From the NCBI GenBank assembly GCA_050246755.1, contig JBFWVL010000005.1:64001-128000 (forward strand): 64,000 bases of DNA. Direction: 5' to 3'. This DNA comes from Bacteriovoracia bacterium. Its GTDB lineage: Bacteria > Bdellovibrionota > UBA1018 > CAIPTA01. Position numbers and translations under genes: made by a program. This document shows positions 55,128-64,000 of this stretch, piece after piece. The notes below the pieces were generated by a model. It saw only the letters and a list, made by a program, of their open reading frames with translations, had not been told where the DNA came from and did not search any database. Within the stretch, counting starts at the first letter, position 1. Every line of letters starts with the position of its first letter.

Positions 55128-56888
55128 CTAGAGCTTAAGCTTGGCAGGCACGGGAAAAAAATGATCGCGCATGGCGTTCATTTCCAGGCGGAGAAAGGGG
55201 GTGATTTCGGTCCAGAGATCGCTGCTCGCTTGCATTGCCTTCAGGCGGTCGTTGATTTTCTGCACTTTGAGCGCCTCGAGCTGGGCCTTCACCACGCTCG
55301 CACGCTGGGGGTGCGTGCTCGCCAGGCGATTAGCCGCCTGAATCGTCTCTTCCCAAAAGGCGTCTTCTTCTTCGTTGCAGAGATTTAGGTAGCGGCCCAC
55401 TTGCTCGCGCACGTAGTCGGCGCGAGTGGGATGGCGCTCGGAATATTTTTCGAGCGCAGCATAGAAATCGGTGGCGATGAGATTGTGCTCTTCGGCCACC
55501 CGCAGCTGGATCACGAGATTGATCATACTTTCGATCACGTAGGAAAAATCGGGTGGAGGCTGAAAGCGGAGGGCCAGCGAAACTTCGGAGAAGGTTTTCT
55601 GCAGCATATTCTGCGGCAGGGTATTGGCTTTGCTGGTGAAGGCCGAAGAACGCACGCGGCCGTTGCTTTCGATCTCCATGCTCTGGTGCTCATGAAACGC
55701 GTGAAAGGGATTGTCGAGGAACGAGGTGCGCTCTACTTCGGCGAGGGTGCGCTCGCTGAGCGGGATCGCCACGCTGCTTTGGTCGAAGGAGCCGCCGGCC
55801 TCGCGGAGATCCGTGAGTACTTCCCGCATCTTTTCCAGGCTGGGCTCTTTGTTGAAGGGAAAAAATATGTGCGTGGTGGATCCGGAAACGAGGGTGCGAT
55901 GGATATGCTCTTTGTGGCGCAGGATCATACGCTCGGTGAAAAGCTCGCGCACGGCGTAGGAGTATTTATTGTCTTTGCCGAAGCGGTTATTCGAGGAGTG
56001 AGGAGTAAAGTGCACCACGGCTTCGCTGCTTTCTCCGTGCAGAGCCTCGGCGATTTCATGCAAGCAGAGGTAGGCGCGGTGGATGAGCGCGCTGAATAGG
56101 GCGAAGAGCTCCTCGCCTTGAAGCATCGGTTCTTTCAATTCCAGGAAGGCCCGCAAAGGCTGAAGGTTTCCGTACGTGGCCGGCAGGAGGGAGATCGCTT
56201 CCACGCGCCCGGCTTTCCAGAGTGGATCAAGCTCGGCTTTCGGCAAAGGGCGCAGAAAAGAGTAGTGCATGCGGAAAATATCCACCGCAGCTTTGGCGGC
56301 ATGCCGGAACTGGAGCGCAGGAAGATCGCTAGCGGAAAAAACCAGGTTCGGTTCGTGGAGGAGTGGACCGAGCAAGGCCCAGTAGGATTTCATGGTTTCC
56401 GAAAGCACGTCTCGCAGGTGGGGCAGGGCGGGGGAAGCCAGCTTTTCCAGCGTGGGCTCGCCCCAGAGGAGCTGCCAGGAGTATTTTGCCTCGAAGGCGC
56501 GCACCGTGGGCGTGGACCCCCAATTTGCTAATTCGTTGCGATCGGCCATCAGAGTTTCGCCGAGAAAGGGGAAGATTTTTTTCCAGGCGCGGAACTTCTC
56601 CCAAAAATTTTTCAGGAGAGTCATTTCGGTTTGCGCGTCGAGTTCTTCCAGCACTAAGAAAAAATCCAGGTCGCTGGCGCCCGGCACGAGCTCCCCGCGT
56701 CCTCCCCCTCGCCGTAAATAAACCGAAACCACGGGCGCTTTGGCGAATTGTCGGTTCAGGCGCACGGTAAACCGCAAAAATACTTTGGTGGCGAGTGAAT
56801 AGGCAAAACCGAAAAGGGCGCGAAAAAGGGCGGCCTTTCGCAGGGAAAGGAGGAAGCGATGCAGTGCTTCTCTATGTTCGGGTTTCAT
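55128..56888 (-). CDS. Hypothetical protein with N-terminal Pol-beta-type nucleotidyltransferase-like motif
   Basis: SVYLRRGGGRGELVPGASDLDFFLV; stop abuts the GT start. Confidence 0.6.
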   Translation of the reverse strand: MKPEHREALHRFLLSLRKAALFRALFGFAYSLATKVFLRFTVRLNRQFAKAPVVSVYLRRGGGRGELVPGASDLDFFLVLEELDAQTEMTLLKNFWEKFRAWKKIFPFLGETLMADRNELANWGSTPTVRAFEAKYSWQLLWGEPTLEKLASPALPHLRDVLSETMKSYWALLGPLLHEPNLVFSASDLPALQFRHAAKAAVDIFRMHYSFLRPLPKAELDPLWKAGRVEAISLLPATYGNLQPLRAFLELKEPMLQGEELFALFSALIHRAYLCLHEIAEALHGESSEAVVHFTPHSSNNRFGKDNKYSYAVRELFTERMILRHKEHIHRTLVSGSTTHIFFPFNKEPSLEKMREVLTDLREAGGSFDQSSVAIPLSERTLAEVERTSFLDNPFHAFHEHQSMEIESNGRVRSSAFTSKANTLPQNMLQKTFSEVSLALRFQPPPDFSYVIESMINLVIQLRVAEEHNLIATDFYAALEKYSERHPTRADYVREQVGRYLNLCNEEEDAFWEETIQAANRLASTHPQRASVVKAQLEALKVQKINDRLKAMQASSDLWTEITPFLRLEMNAMRDHFFPVPAKLKL

Positions 56889-56994
56889 TCGTGCGGGAAC
56901 GTATCGTAAGCCGCACTTGGACGCGGAGTGTTATTCCTCACCCGCCCGGCTAAATTCACCTGGGCAAGCGGGAACTCTGCTAAACTGAATCTTT

Positions 56995-58254
56995 ATGATT
57001 TACGCGATCGATTTCGGAACCTCCAATTCGCTCCTGAGCGCCGCCACCGAGCAGGAGCTATTTCAGGCTATTCCCCTCGATCCCGACGCAAAGGATCCGA
57101 GCATTATGCGCTCGATCTTGTACCTCCCGGATGCGCAGCGCTGTTATTTCGGCGCAAAGGCCACCCAGGAATACGTGAGCAACGACATGGAAGGGCGGCT
57201 CATCCGCTCGATCAAAAAATTCCTGCCGGTGCGTTCCTTTCTCGGCACCTTCGTGAACGATAAGGCTTTTTATATCGAAGACATCATCGCCACTTTTCTG
57301 GGCGAGATGCGCCGCCGGGCCAATACCCATTTTAATAAAGACGTGGACTCTGTTTTATTAGGCCGGCCCGCGCGGTTTGCCGAAGACGACGCTGATGACC
57401 GCTTTGCCCAGGATCGCCTCGAGACCGCGGCCAACCGCGCCGGCTTCAAGCACGTGGAGTTTTGCCCGGAACCGCTCGCGGCCGCGTATGAATTCAAGGC
57501 TACGATCACCGAGCCCAAAATTATTTTCGTGGCCGATTTTGGGGGAGGAACCTCCGATTTCACCGTGATCCGCCTCACGCCCGAATCCACCAATGAAGTG
57601 GAAGTGCTGGCTCTCGGCGGGGTGTCGGTGGCGGGAGACGCACTCGACGGATCGCTGATGCGAGGCCGGATCGCCAAGCATTTTGGCGCCGAAGTGCAGT
57701 ACCAGGTTCCCTTTGGCTCAAACGTGCTCACGATGCCCAAGCACCTCATGGAAAAAATCTGCTCGCCCGCCGAAATCTCCGTTTTACGCGAGCGCGATAC
57801 CCAGGAGTTTTTCCGGAACGTAAAAAGCTGGTCCCTCGGGCCTGAAGACCACCAGAAGATGGACAATCTTTTCAGCCTGATTCACGAGCAGATCGGCTTT
57901 TCGGTCTTCGAGGAAATCGAGGGTACTAAGCGCCGCCTGTCTGATGCAGAGGTGGCCGAGTTCGTGTTCAAATATTCCGGGATGGACCTAAGGGAGAAAT
58001 TCACACGCACGCAATTCGAGGAATATGCGGGCATCGTGATCCGCCGTATCCTGCGCTCGATGGATGATACGATGCGGGCCGCGGGTTTGCAGTATGGCGA
58101 CGTAGATCTCGTTTGCGCCACCGGCGGAACGGCGAAGGTCTTCGCGCTCCGAGCCGCGCTTTCCGAGCGGTTTGGCGAAGAGAAAATCCAGCAGCACAAA
58201 AACTTTCACTCGATCGTGTATGGTCTCTCTCGCGTGGCGCAGGGAATGCTCTAA
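56995..58254 (+). CDS. yegD: Hsp70 family protein (YegD-like)
   Basis: AIDFGTSNS, GRLIRSIK, LGRPARF, EPLAAA, DFGGGTSDF, TGGT. Confidence 0.88.
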   Translation: MIYAIDFGTSNSLLSAATEQELFQAIPLDPDAKDPSIMRSILYLPDAQRCYFGAKATQEYVSNDMEGRLIRSIKKFLPVRSFLGTFVNDKAFYIEDIIATFLGEMRRRANTHFNKDVDSVLLGRPARFAEDDADDRFAQDRLETAANRAGFKHVEFCPEPLAAAYEFKATITEPKIIFVADFGGGTSDFTVIRLTPESTNEVEVLALGGVSVAGDALDGSLMRGRIAKHFGAEVQYQVPFGSNVLTMPKHLMEKICSPAEISVLRERDTQEFFRNVKSWSLGPEDHQKMDNLFSLIHEQIGFSVFEEIEGTKRRLSDAEVAEFVFKYSGMDLREKFTRTQFEEYAGIVIRRILRSMDDTMRAAGLQYGDVDLVCATGGTAKVFALRAALSERFGEEKIQQHKNFHSIVYGLSRVAQGML

Positions 58255-58262
58255 GGGTAAGT

Positions 58263-58580
58263 CTACTTGGCTTTATGTTGGCGCAGGATCGAGTCGAGCA
58301 AACCGGGAAAACGCTTATTTAGCTCTTCTTGCCTTAGGCAATTAATTACCGCCACGCCTTTTTTTTCCGAACGGATCAGGCCGCTTTCGCGCAGCACCTT
58401 GTGGTGAAAAGAGATCGTGGAGGGGGAGAGGTTAGGGCAAGAAGCGCCCGAGCAGCTCATGCCTTCTCTATCGCCCAATAATTTTAGCACGATATCGCGG
58501 CGGACCGAATCGGAGAGGGCGTGCAGGATTCCATCCAGGGTAATGTCTTTCGCGGCGGGATGGGCAAATGCTCTGGGCAT
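58263..58580 (-). CDS. ArsR/SmtB family regulator
   Basis: LHALSDSVR, STISFHHKVLRESGLI, RFPGLLD. Confidence 0.9.
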   Translation of the reverse strand: MPRAFAHPAAKDITLDGILHALSDSVRRDIVLKLLGDREGMSCSGASCPNLSPSTISFHHKVLRESGLIRSEKKGVAVINCLRQEELNKRFPGLLDSILRQHKAK

Positions 58581-58640
58581 GTCCTTATTATAAGGGGCGT
58601 GGAATTTTTTGGCCAGGCCAATATTTCATTAATATAATAC

Positions 58641-58655
58641 TTCAATAATATTGAA
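58641..58655. promoter_or_regulatory. Palindromic operator, probably for the ArsR regulator
   Basis: Perfect TTCAATA-A-TATTGAA between the divergent arsR and alkene reductase genes. Confidence 0.65.
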
Positions 58656-58715
58656 ATATGAGTCGGCCCGGTATAGGATAGGTTTAATCAGTCTTGATTT
58701 AACCCAGAGGTAGCA

Positions 58716-59768
58716 ATGTCCGTCTTGTTCGAACCCATAACCGTCGGTGATCTTACTCTCCCCAACCGCATCGTGATGGCTCCGCTCACGCGCAGCCGAG
58801 CCGGCCAAGAAAGAATTCCCAATCAGCTGATGCGCGATTATTACGTACAGCGCGCCGGAGCCGGGCTCATTCTCACCGAGGCCACCGCGATCGATCCCAT
58901 GGGCGTCGGCTATGCCGATACGCCGGGCATCTGGTCGGAAGAGCAAGTGGCGGGCTGGAAAAATATCGTGGAGGGGGTGCACGCCGCCGGCGGGAGAATT
59001 TTTTCCCAGCTCTGGCATGTGGGCCGCATCTCAGATCCCTCTTTTTTGAACGGCGCAGTCCCGGTAGCACCCAGCGCGCTCGCCGCGCAGGGGAACGTGA
59101 GCCTCCTCCGCCCCCAGCGCCCCTTCGTTACTCCGCGGGCGCTAGAGCATGGCGAGGTAGTGGCCCTCGTGGAGAAATACCGCCAGGGAGCTCTCCACGC
59201 CAAGAAAGCGGGCTTCGACGGCGTGGAGATCCACGGCGCGAATGGATACCTACCCGATCAGTTCCTGCAAGACGGAAGCAATCAGCGCACCGACGAGTAC
59301 GGCGGCAGCATCGAGAATCGCGCGCGTTTTCTCCTGCAAATCACCGATGCGGCAATTTCCGTGTTCGGTGCCGGTCGGGTGGGCGTGCACCTCTCGCCCC
59401 GCAGCGATTCAAACTATATCAGCGATTCGAAGCCGCTGGAGACCTTCCCTTACGTGGCGCGAGAGCTGGCGAAGCGTAAAATCGCGTTTCTCTTTACCCG
59501 CGCAAAACAAGGCGAAGATGGCCTGGGCGCGAAGATGAAGGAAGCTTTCGGCGGTCCTTTCATCGCGAATGAAGGACTAACCTTCGAAGAAGCGGAACGT
59601 ATCGTAAAAAAAGGCGAAGCGGATCTAGTTTCCTTCGGAAAGCTTTTCATCGCCAATCCTGATTTAGTGAAGAGGCTGAAAGAAAAGGCGCCTTTAAATG
59701 CGCCGGATCCGAGCACTTTCTATTCTACCGGAGCCAAAGGCTATACCGATTATCCCGTCTTGGGATAG
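58716..59768 (+). CDS. Old yellow enzyme alkene reductase (NemA/XenB-like)
   Basis: NRIVMAPLTRSRA, QLWHVGR, EIHGANGYL, RTDEYGGSIENR, FIANPDL, GYTDYP. Confidence 0.95.
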   Translation: MSVLFEPITVGDLTLPNRIVMAPLTRSRAGQERIPNQLMRDYYVQRAGAGLILTEATAIDPMGVGYADTPGIWSEEQVAGWKNIVEGVHAAGGRIFSQLWHVGRISDPSFLNGAVPVAPSALAAQGNVSLLRPQRPFVTPRALEHGEVVALVEKYRQGALHAKKAGFDGVEIHGANGYLPDQFLQDGSNQRTDEYGGSIENRARFLLQITDAAISVFGAGRVGVHLSPRSDSNYISDSKPLETFPYVARELAKRKIAFLFTRAKQGEDGLGAKMKEAFGGPFIANEGLTFEEAERIVKKGEADLVSFGKLFIANPDLVKRLKEKAPLNAPDPSTFYSTGAKGYTDYPVLG

Positions 59769-60022
59769 CGCCGCTTTACTTCGCCTTGCAGGCAATGCAG
59801 CTGGTCGATGAGGTGCAGGATCACGGGCACCGCGGCGTCGTTTACGCCGAAATCGCGCTGCAGCTCCGCAATCAGGCGCGCCCGGGAAACGTCTTCTTCG
59901 TCGAGGAGCAATTGCTCGGGATCGGCTGGGCTCAGCCAAGAAAAAGAAATGAAGCGCAGCACGAGATCTTGGCTCAGGCCACATTCTTCCGCCGCTTCGT
60001 TTACCAGTTTTTTCCCAGCCAT
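59750..60022 (-). CDS. cbpM: Chaperone modulator CbpM
   Basis: RARLIAELQRDFGVN...ILHLIDQ; downstream of cbpA. Confidence 0.85.
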   Translation of the reverse strand: MAGKKLVNEAAEECGLSQDLVLRFISFSWLSPADPEQLLLDEEDVSRARLIAELQRDFGVNDAAVPVILHLIDQLHCLQGEVKRRYPKTG

Positions 60023-60024
60023 CG

Positions 60025-60918
60025 CTATGCCCTCGGATTATAAGAAAACTTTTCCTGCCATTCCCGCATCGATTTTTCGAGCTCTTCGGGAAGCTTTTTC
60101 GGCATCGCCACCCTGAGGCTCACGATCTGGTCGCCCCGCGTGCCGCTTGCGGAGCCGACGCCCTTACCCTTCACACGGAGCCGGCTGCCCGAGCTCACTC
60201 CCGGAGGAATTTTTAACGCCACCATTCCATCAATGGTGGGAACTTGGATTTCTGCGCCGAGGCCGGCCTCGAGAAAGCTGATCGGCACTTCCGTTTCAAT
60301 GTCTTTCCCTTTGCGCACGAAGCCGGCGAGCGGGCGCACGTTGATCTGTACGTAGGCGTCTCCCGAAGGCCCCTTTCCGATACCCGGCCCCCCTTGCCCG
60401 CGAAACCGGAGCCGCGCTCCAGTTTCCACGCCGGCCGGAATTTTTATCTGCAGCTTTTTCCCGCCCGGAAGCGTGATTTCCCGCTGGGCACCCAGCGCGG
60501 CGTCGCGAAATTCCACGTCCATCTGGTAGAGTTGATCTTCGCCCGGTAAATCACTGGAGCGCGCATGCATGCGCCCGCCGCGCCCGGCTTGGCGGAAGAG
60601 GTTTTCAAAAAAGTCGTCGTCCATGCCTCCGCCGAAATTAGACGAATAGCGACCGCCCTGGTTCTGGTAGTAATGCGCGCCCCCGCCGTATTGCTCTTGC
60701 ATTTGTTCGTCGGTTTCTCCGCGATCGAATTTCGCGCGCGCCTCAGCTTCGCCTATTTTTTCGTAAGCGGAAGCAATGTCCTTGAACTTGGCCTCACGTT
60801 CCTTGTTTCCTGGATTTAAGTCGGGATGGTATTTTTTTGCGAGGGAACGGTAGGCATTTTTAATGGCTTCCTGGGAAGCATCTTTCGAAACGCCGAGGAT
60901 TTGATAGGGGTCTTTCAT
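60025..60918 (-). CDS. cbpA: DnaJ-class chaperone CbpA
   Basis: J domain with HPD, G/F region, DnaJ C-terminal domain, no Zn finger. Confidence 0.9.
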   Translation of the reverse strand: MKDPYQILGVSKDASQEAIKNAYRSLAKKYHPDLNPGNKEREAKFKDIASAYEKIGEAEARAKFDRGETDEQMQEQYGGGAHYYQNQGGRYSSNFGGGMDDDFFENLFRQAGRGGRMHARSSDLPGEDQLYQMDVEFRDAALGAQREITLPGGKKLQIKIPAGVETGARLRFRGQGGPGIGKGPSGDAYVQINVRPLAGFVRKGKDIETEVPISFLEAGLGAEIQVPTIDGMVALKIPPGVSSGSRLRVKGKGVGSASGTRGDQIVSLRVAMPKKLPEELEKSMREWQEKFSYNPRA

Positions 60919-61032
60919 GGCCACTCCTTACCTTACCAATATGGGCATGAAACCCCCGTTGGCAAGATGCCGCGAATGCCCGACTAGAAAGCCTTTTTTT
61001 ATGGTAAGCGTAGGGAGTTAAAGGGGAAGCGC

Positions 61033-62466
61033 GTGCCGGTTGCCACTGATTCCGTAAAAAAACTTTTGCCCTGGTTGGTGGCCGTGGCCTTCTTCATGGA
61101 AGCCCTCGATACCACGATCTTGAATACGGCGGTTCCCCTAATTGCCGAAGCGCTCCACGTTCCTCCGCTCAGCATGAAGTCCGTGCTGAGTAGTTATACG
61201 CTCAGTCTCGCGGTTTTTATCCCGATTTCCAGCTGGATGGCCGATCGCTTCGGCACCAGAAAAGTTTTTGCCGCCGCAATCGGCACCTTCACCCTTGGCT
61301 CCTTACTATGCGGCATTTCCAATAGTATCCATTTGCTCGTTTTTTGCCGAATCCTGCAGGGCTGCGGCGGCGCGATGATGGTGCCGGTGGGGCGGCTCAC
61401 CTTAGTCCGCACCTTCCATAAATCTGAGCTTATCCGGGCGATGAGCTTCGTGGCTTTTCCGGCACTGATCGGTCCTCTGCTCGGTCCCTTGGCGGGTGGC
61501 TTGATCGTGGGTTACCTCCACTGGCGCATGATCTTCTTCGTGAATATTCCCATCGGGTTGGTGGGTCTTTATCTTGTGCACAAACATCTCCCTGACTACC
61601 GGGCTAAGCGCACGGATAAGATGGACGTGCTTGGGCTGATTCTTTTTGGATCCGGGATCGCGCTTTTTTCCTATGTGCTCGAGGTTTTTGGCGAGCATAC
61701 CCTCGGGACGCGGGAAATATTGGGGCTGCTGGCGATCTCGATTGCTTTGCTCGGGGGCTACGGCCTGCATGCCACGCAGGTAGCGCATCCCTTGCTACGC
61801 CTCGGTTTACTGCGCATCCGCACCTTGCGCATCGCCGTCACGGGTAGCCTGCTCACGCGCCTGGGCGTGGGAGGAATGCCTTTCCTCTTGCCGCTGCTCT
61901 ACCAGGTGGGGCTAGGGTATACCCCTTTGCAGTCCGGCTTATTGATCGTGCCGCAGTCGCTAGCGGCCATGGCGCTGAAGGTCGTGGTGGAACCTATCCT
62001 CGCGCGCCATGGATTCCGCCGCGTGCTCGTGGCGAATACATTGGTGATTGGCCTGCTGATCGTTCTTTTCGCCACGATTCGGGAAGGCACCCCCGTCTGG
62101 CTGATTCTGGCCCAGGCCTGCCTCTTCGGATTTTTCTCTTCGCTGCAGTTCACCAGCATGAATACGCTCGTGTACGCCGATATCACGGAGGAGGATACGA
62201 GTATGGCTTCCACCATCGTGAGCACCATGCAGCAGATGTCGTTGAGTTTCGGCGTGGCCGTCGCCTCGCTCGCCACCAGCTTTTTTGTGTCCAATCAGTT
62301 TCACTCTGAGCCGCACGAGATGATCCACGGCTTGCACCGGGCCTTCTACGTTTTAGGAGCGATCACGATGCTCTCGGCACTGATTTTCCGTGAGCTGCGT
62401 TCCGAGGATGGAAACAATATCAGCCTGCACAAGGCCGGGGCGGGCGTGGCGGATTCAGCGAAATAA
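61033..62466 (+). CDS. DHA2 family MFS efflux transporter
   Basis: FMEALDTTILNTA, WMADRFGTR, RILQGCGGAMMVPVGR, WRMIFFVNIPIG. Confidence 0.93.
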   Translation: MPVATDSVKKLLPWLVAVAFFMEALDTTILNTAVPLIAEALHVPPLSMKSVLSSYTLSLAVFIPISSWMADRFGTRKVFAAAIGTFTLGSLLCGISNSIHLLVFCRILQGCGGAMMVPVGRLTLVRTFHKSELIRAMSFVAFPALIGPLLGPLAGGLIVGYLHWRMIFFVNIPIGLVGLYLVHKHLPDYRAKRTDKMDVLGLILFGSGIALFSYVLEVFGEHTLGTREILGLLAISIALLGGYGLHATQVAHPLLRLGLLRIRTLRIAVTGSLLTRLGVGGMPFLLPLLYQVGLGYTPLQSGLLIVPQSLAAMALKVVVEPILARHGFRRVLVANTLVIGLLIVLFATIREGTPVWLILAQACLFGFFSSLQFTSMNTLVYADITEEDTSMASTIVSTMQQMSLSFGVAVASLATSFFVSNQFHSEPHEMIHGLHRAFYVLGAITMLSALIFRELRSEDGNNISLHKAGAGVADSAK

Positions 62467-62844
62467 ATCGCGCCCGAACAGGCTCGGGTTGAACACGTCT
62501 TTTTGTTCCAGGTAAATTCCCCAGCGGCATTTGGCGGTCAGCTCAATTCCTACCGAACTGGATTCTGCATTCCCTTTAGGCACCACGATTTCAATTCCCG
62601 TCTCGGCCTCCGGCTTTTCGCAGGGACTCTGATCGAGAGTCAAATACAGCAGTGGAGCGCCGGGCAGGGCGAGGGGCTCGATACCCAGGAGCTGAAGTTT
62701 GGTTCCTTCCGAAAAGGAAAGGCCAGTTTTGCCAAGTTCTACGTTCTGGCTGAGCACCAGGCGATCGCCCGTTTCCACTTCACTCCAGGGAATGGTGGGG
62801 GAGCTAAGGGGGAGCAACAGGGCGGCGAGCATCCAAGGTTTCAT
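62455..62844 (-). CDS. Hypothetical secreted protein
   Basis: RBS GGAG; N-terminal hydrophobic signal. Confidence 0.65.
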   Translation of the reverse strand: MKPWMLAALLLPLSSPTIPWSEVETGDRLVLSQNVELGKTGLSFSEGTKLQLLGIEPLALPGAPLLYLTLDQSPCEKPEAETGIEIVVPKGNAESSSVGIELTAKCRWGIYLEQKDVFNPSLFGRDLFR

Positions 62845-62950
62845 GGCGTTTCTCCAGATTCTTCCGAAATCTTAAAGGCAGAAGAAAGAGAATACAACGC
62901 CAGCTATGAGGCTATTTGACGTGGCATTTCGGCTATACTAAATTTCCGGA

Positions 62951-64000
62951 ATGGGCTGTCAAATCGAGATCGTGATTCGGGGGCAAAAGGCCGGAGGGGA
63001 AACGCTCAGCCTTTTCCTTGAGCCCACCGAAATTCCCCTAGCCAAGCGCTGGACGCGGGAGCTCAAACGGGTCCTCCGCGGCCCTCATATTCTCGAAAAG
63101 GACCAGTCTTTTTGTGGCTTTCCGCAGTCCGCGCGGAACGAAGCCCTCCTCTGCGCGGAGCTGAACCGAACCTGCGAAATTATCCGTAACTTTCGCGGCC
63201 CCGGCGTTTGGCAGCAGGGCTATAAGATCGAAGAGATCGCCTCCACCGAAAATCTTTCCAACGATCTCCTTAACGCCTACCACCACCATTTCGAGATGCT
63301 GCGCGGGCAAGCCTGGGATCCCAGCCCTTACTACTTGGCGGCCCAAAAATTTCTCGACGTCGACAACGCCATTCGGCAGCTCAATGTGCTGGTGCACCAG
63401 CTCGAAGGCATCATGCAATCGCGAAAGCTCGTCGCGGCCGGCGAAAGATTTTTCCCTTTCAGCGTATTTCATTTTCTCACGCCCGATTCCGATATCCGCT
63501 TGCCCCTGCACGACGAGGATTATGATTATTTTTCTTTCGAAGAAGACTTCGGCTTGGTGCAGATGCTCTACTGCCAGGTTGGCAAGACGCATTACCAGGC
63601 CTGGTGCGACGGCGACAAAGGCATCTTGGAAGATTACATGAATAATCTCCGCTACTATACCAGCGGCTTCATGATTTCCTGGGGAGAATTTACTAAGGGC
63701 ATCAAGAGTTCCGATTTATTTTTGCAGTGGCTGAAGGAAAGCGGAACCGACCTGCGCCACCGCACCTATTTCTACGATCGTAAAGGGAACAAGCAGGGCT
63801 TAGGTTTTTTGAACGTAGCGCGGGTCCCGTTCCGCCAGTTCGGCTCACGCAGCGTGCGCGAAGTGCAAGAGCTTCTCGCCCAGTACGACGACGTGTACAA
63901 GGTGCGCGTGCATGAAAATGGAAAGGTAGTGGAGCACAGCTACGAGTACCGGCTTTCTGACCCCAACTACCAGCAGATCGTGGCCCATCGGTTCAATTCC
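62951..64000 (+). CDS. Hypothetical protein, at least 350 aa, runs off the window (not in ORF track)
   Basis: Stop-free frame from ATG 62951 to the end; upstream TATACT -10-like box; LNAYHHHFE, LNVLVHQLE and YCQVGKT motifs. Confidence 0.85.
   Translation, partial: MGCQIEIVIRGQKAGGETLSLFLEPTEIPLAKRWTRELKRVLRGPHILEKDQSFCGFPQSARNEALLCAELNRTCEIIRNFRGPGVWQQGYKIEEIASTENLSNDLLNAYHHHFEMLRGQAWDPSPYYLAAQKFLDVDNAIRQLNVLVHQLEGIMQSRKLVAAGERFFPFSVFHFLTPDSDIRLPLHDEDYDYFSFEEDFGLVQMLYCQVGKTHYQAWCDGDKGILEDYMNNLRYYTSGFMISWGEFTKGIKSSDLFLQWLKESGTDLRHRTYFYDRKGNKQGLGFLNVARVPFRQFGSRSVREVQELLAQYDDVYKVRVHENGKVVEHSYEYRLSDPNYQQIVAHRFNS

Noticed and set aside
58263-60918. arsR / alkene reductase and cbpAM as unusual modules
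   Set aside because: Ordinary, well-known gene pairs

Overview
Gene-dense, GC-rich (about 55-60% by eye) bacterial chromosomal segment. The many signal-peptide hypotheticals, a YkuD_2 L,D-transpeptidase, a secreted nuclease and proteases, and FliA-like promoters suggest Bdellovibrionota/Oligoflexia (inference only). I saw no rRNA, intact tRNA, CRISPR array, integrase or transposase. Housekeeping genes include kup, yebC, murF, lgt, a family-5 UDG, upp, udk, an ABC-F ATPase, yegD and cbpAM. Highlights: (1) a DUF4956 / HlyD-beta-propeller / TolC-like / VTC-domain operon with no ABC, RND or MFS pump, divergent from an alkaline-phosphatase-family lipoprotein, which is a candidate polyphosphate synthesis-and-export machine; (2) a URC-type uracil catabolism operon extended with a CoA-acylating semialdehyde dehydrogenase and uridine kinase; (3) a stand-alone circularly permuted ATP-grasp ligase that carries a signal peptide; (4) two gap-free 143-bp elements with 18-bp terminal inverted repeats; (5) a promoter-to-terminator ~180-nt structured transcript with a sequesterable RBS and an 18-codon ORF; (6) a tandem trypsin-like protein whose catalytic triad is split between two repeats. 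All product calls come from motif recognition by eye; no database searches were run.
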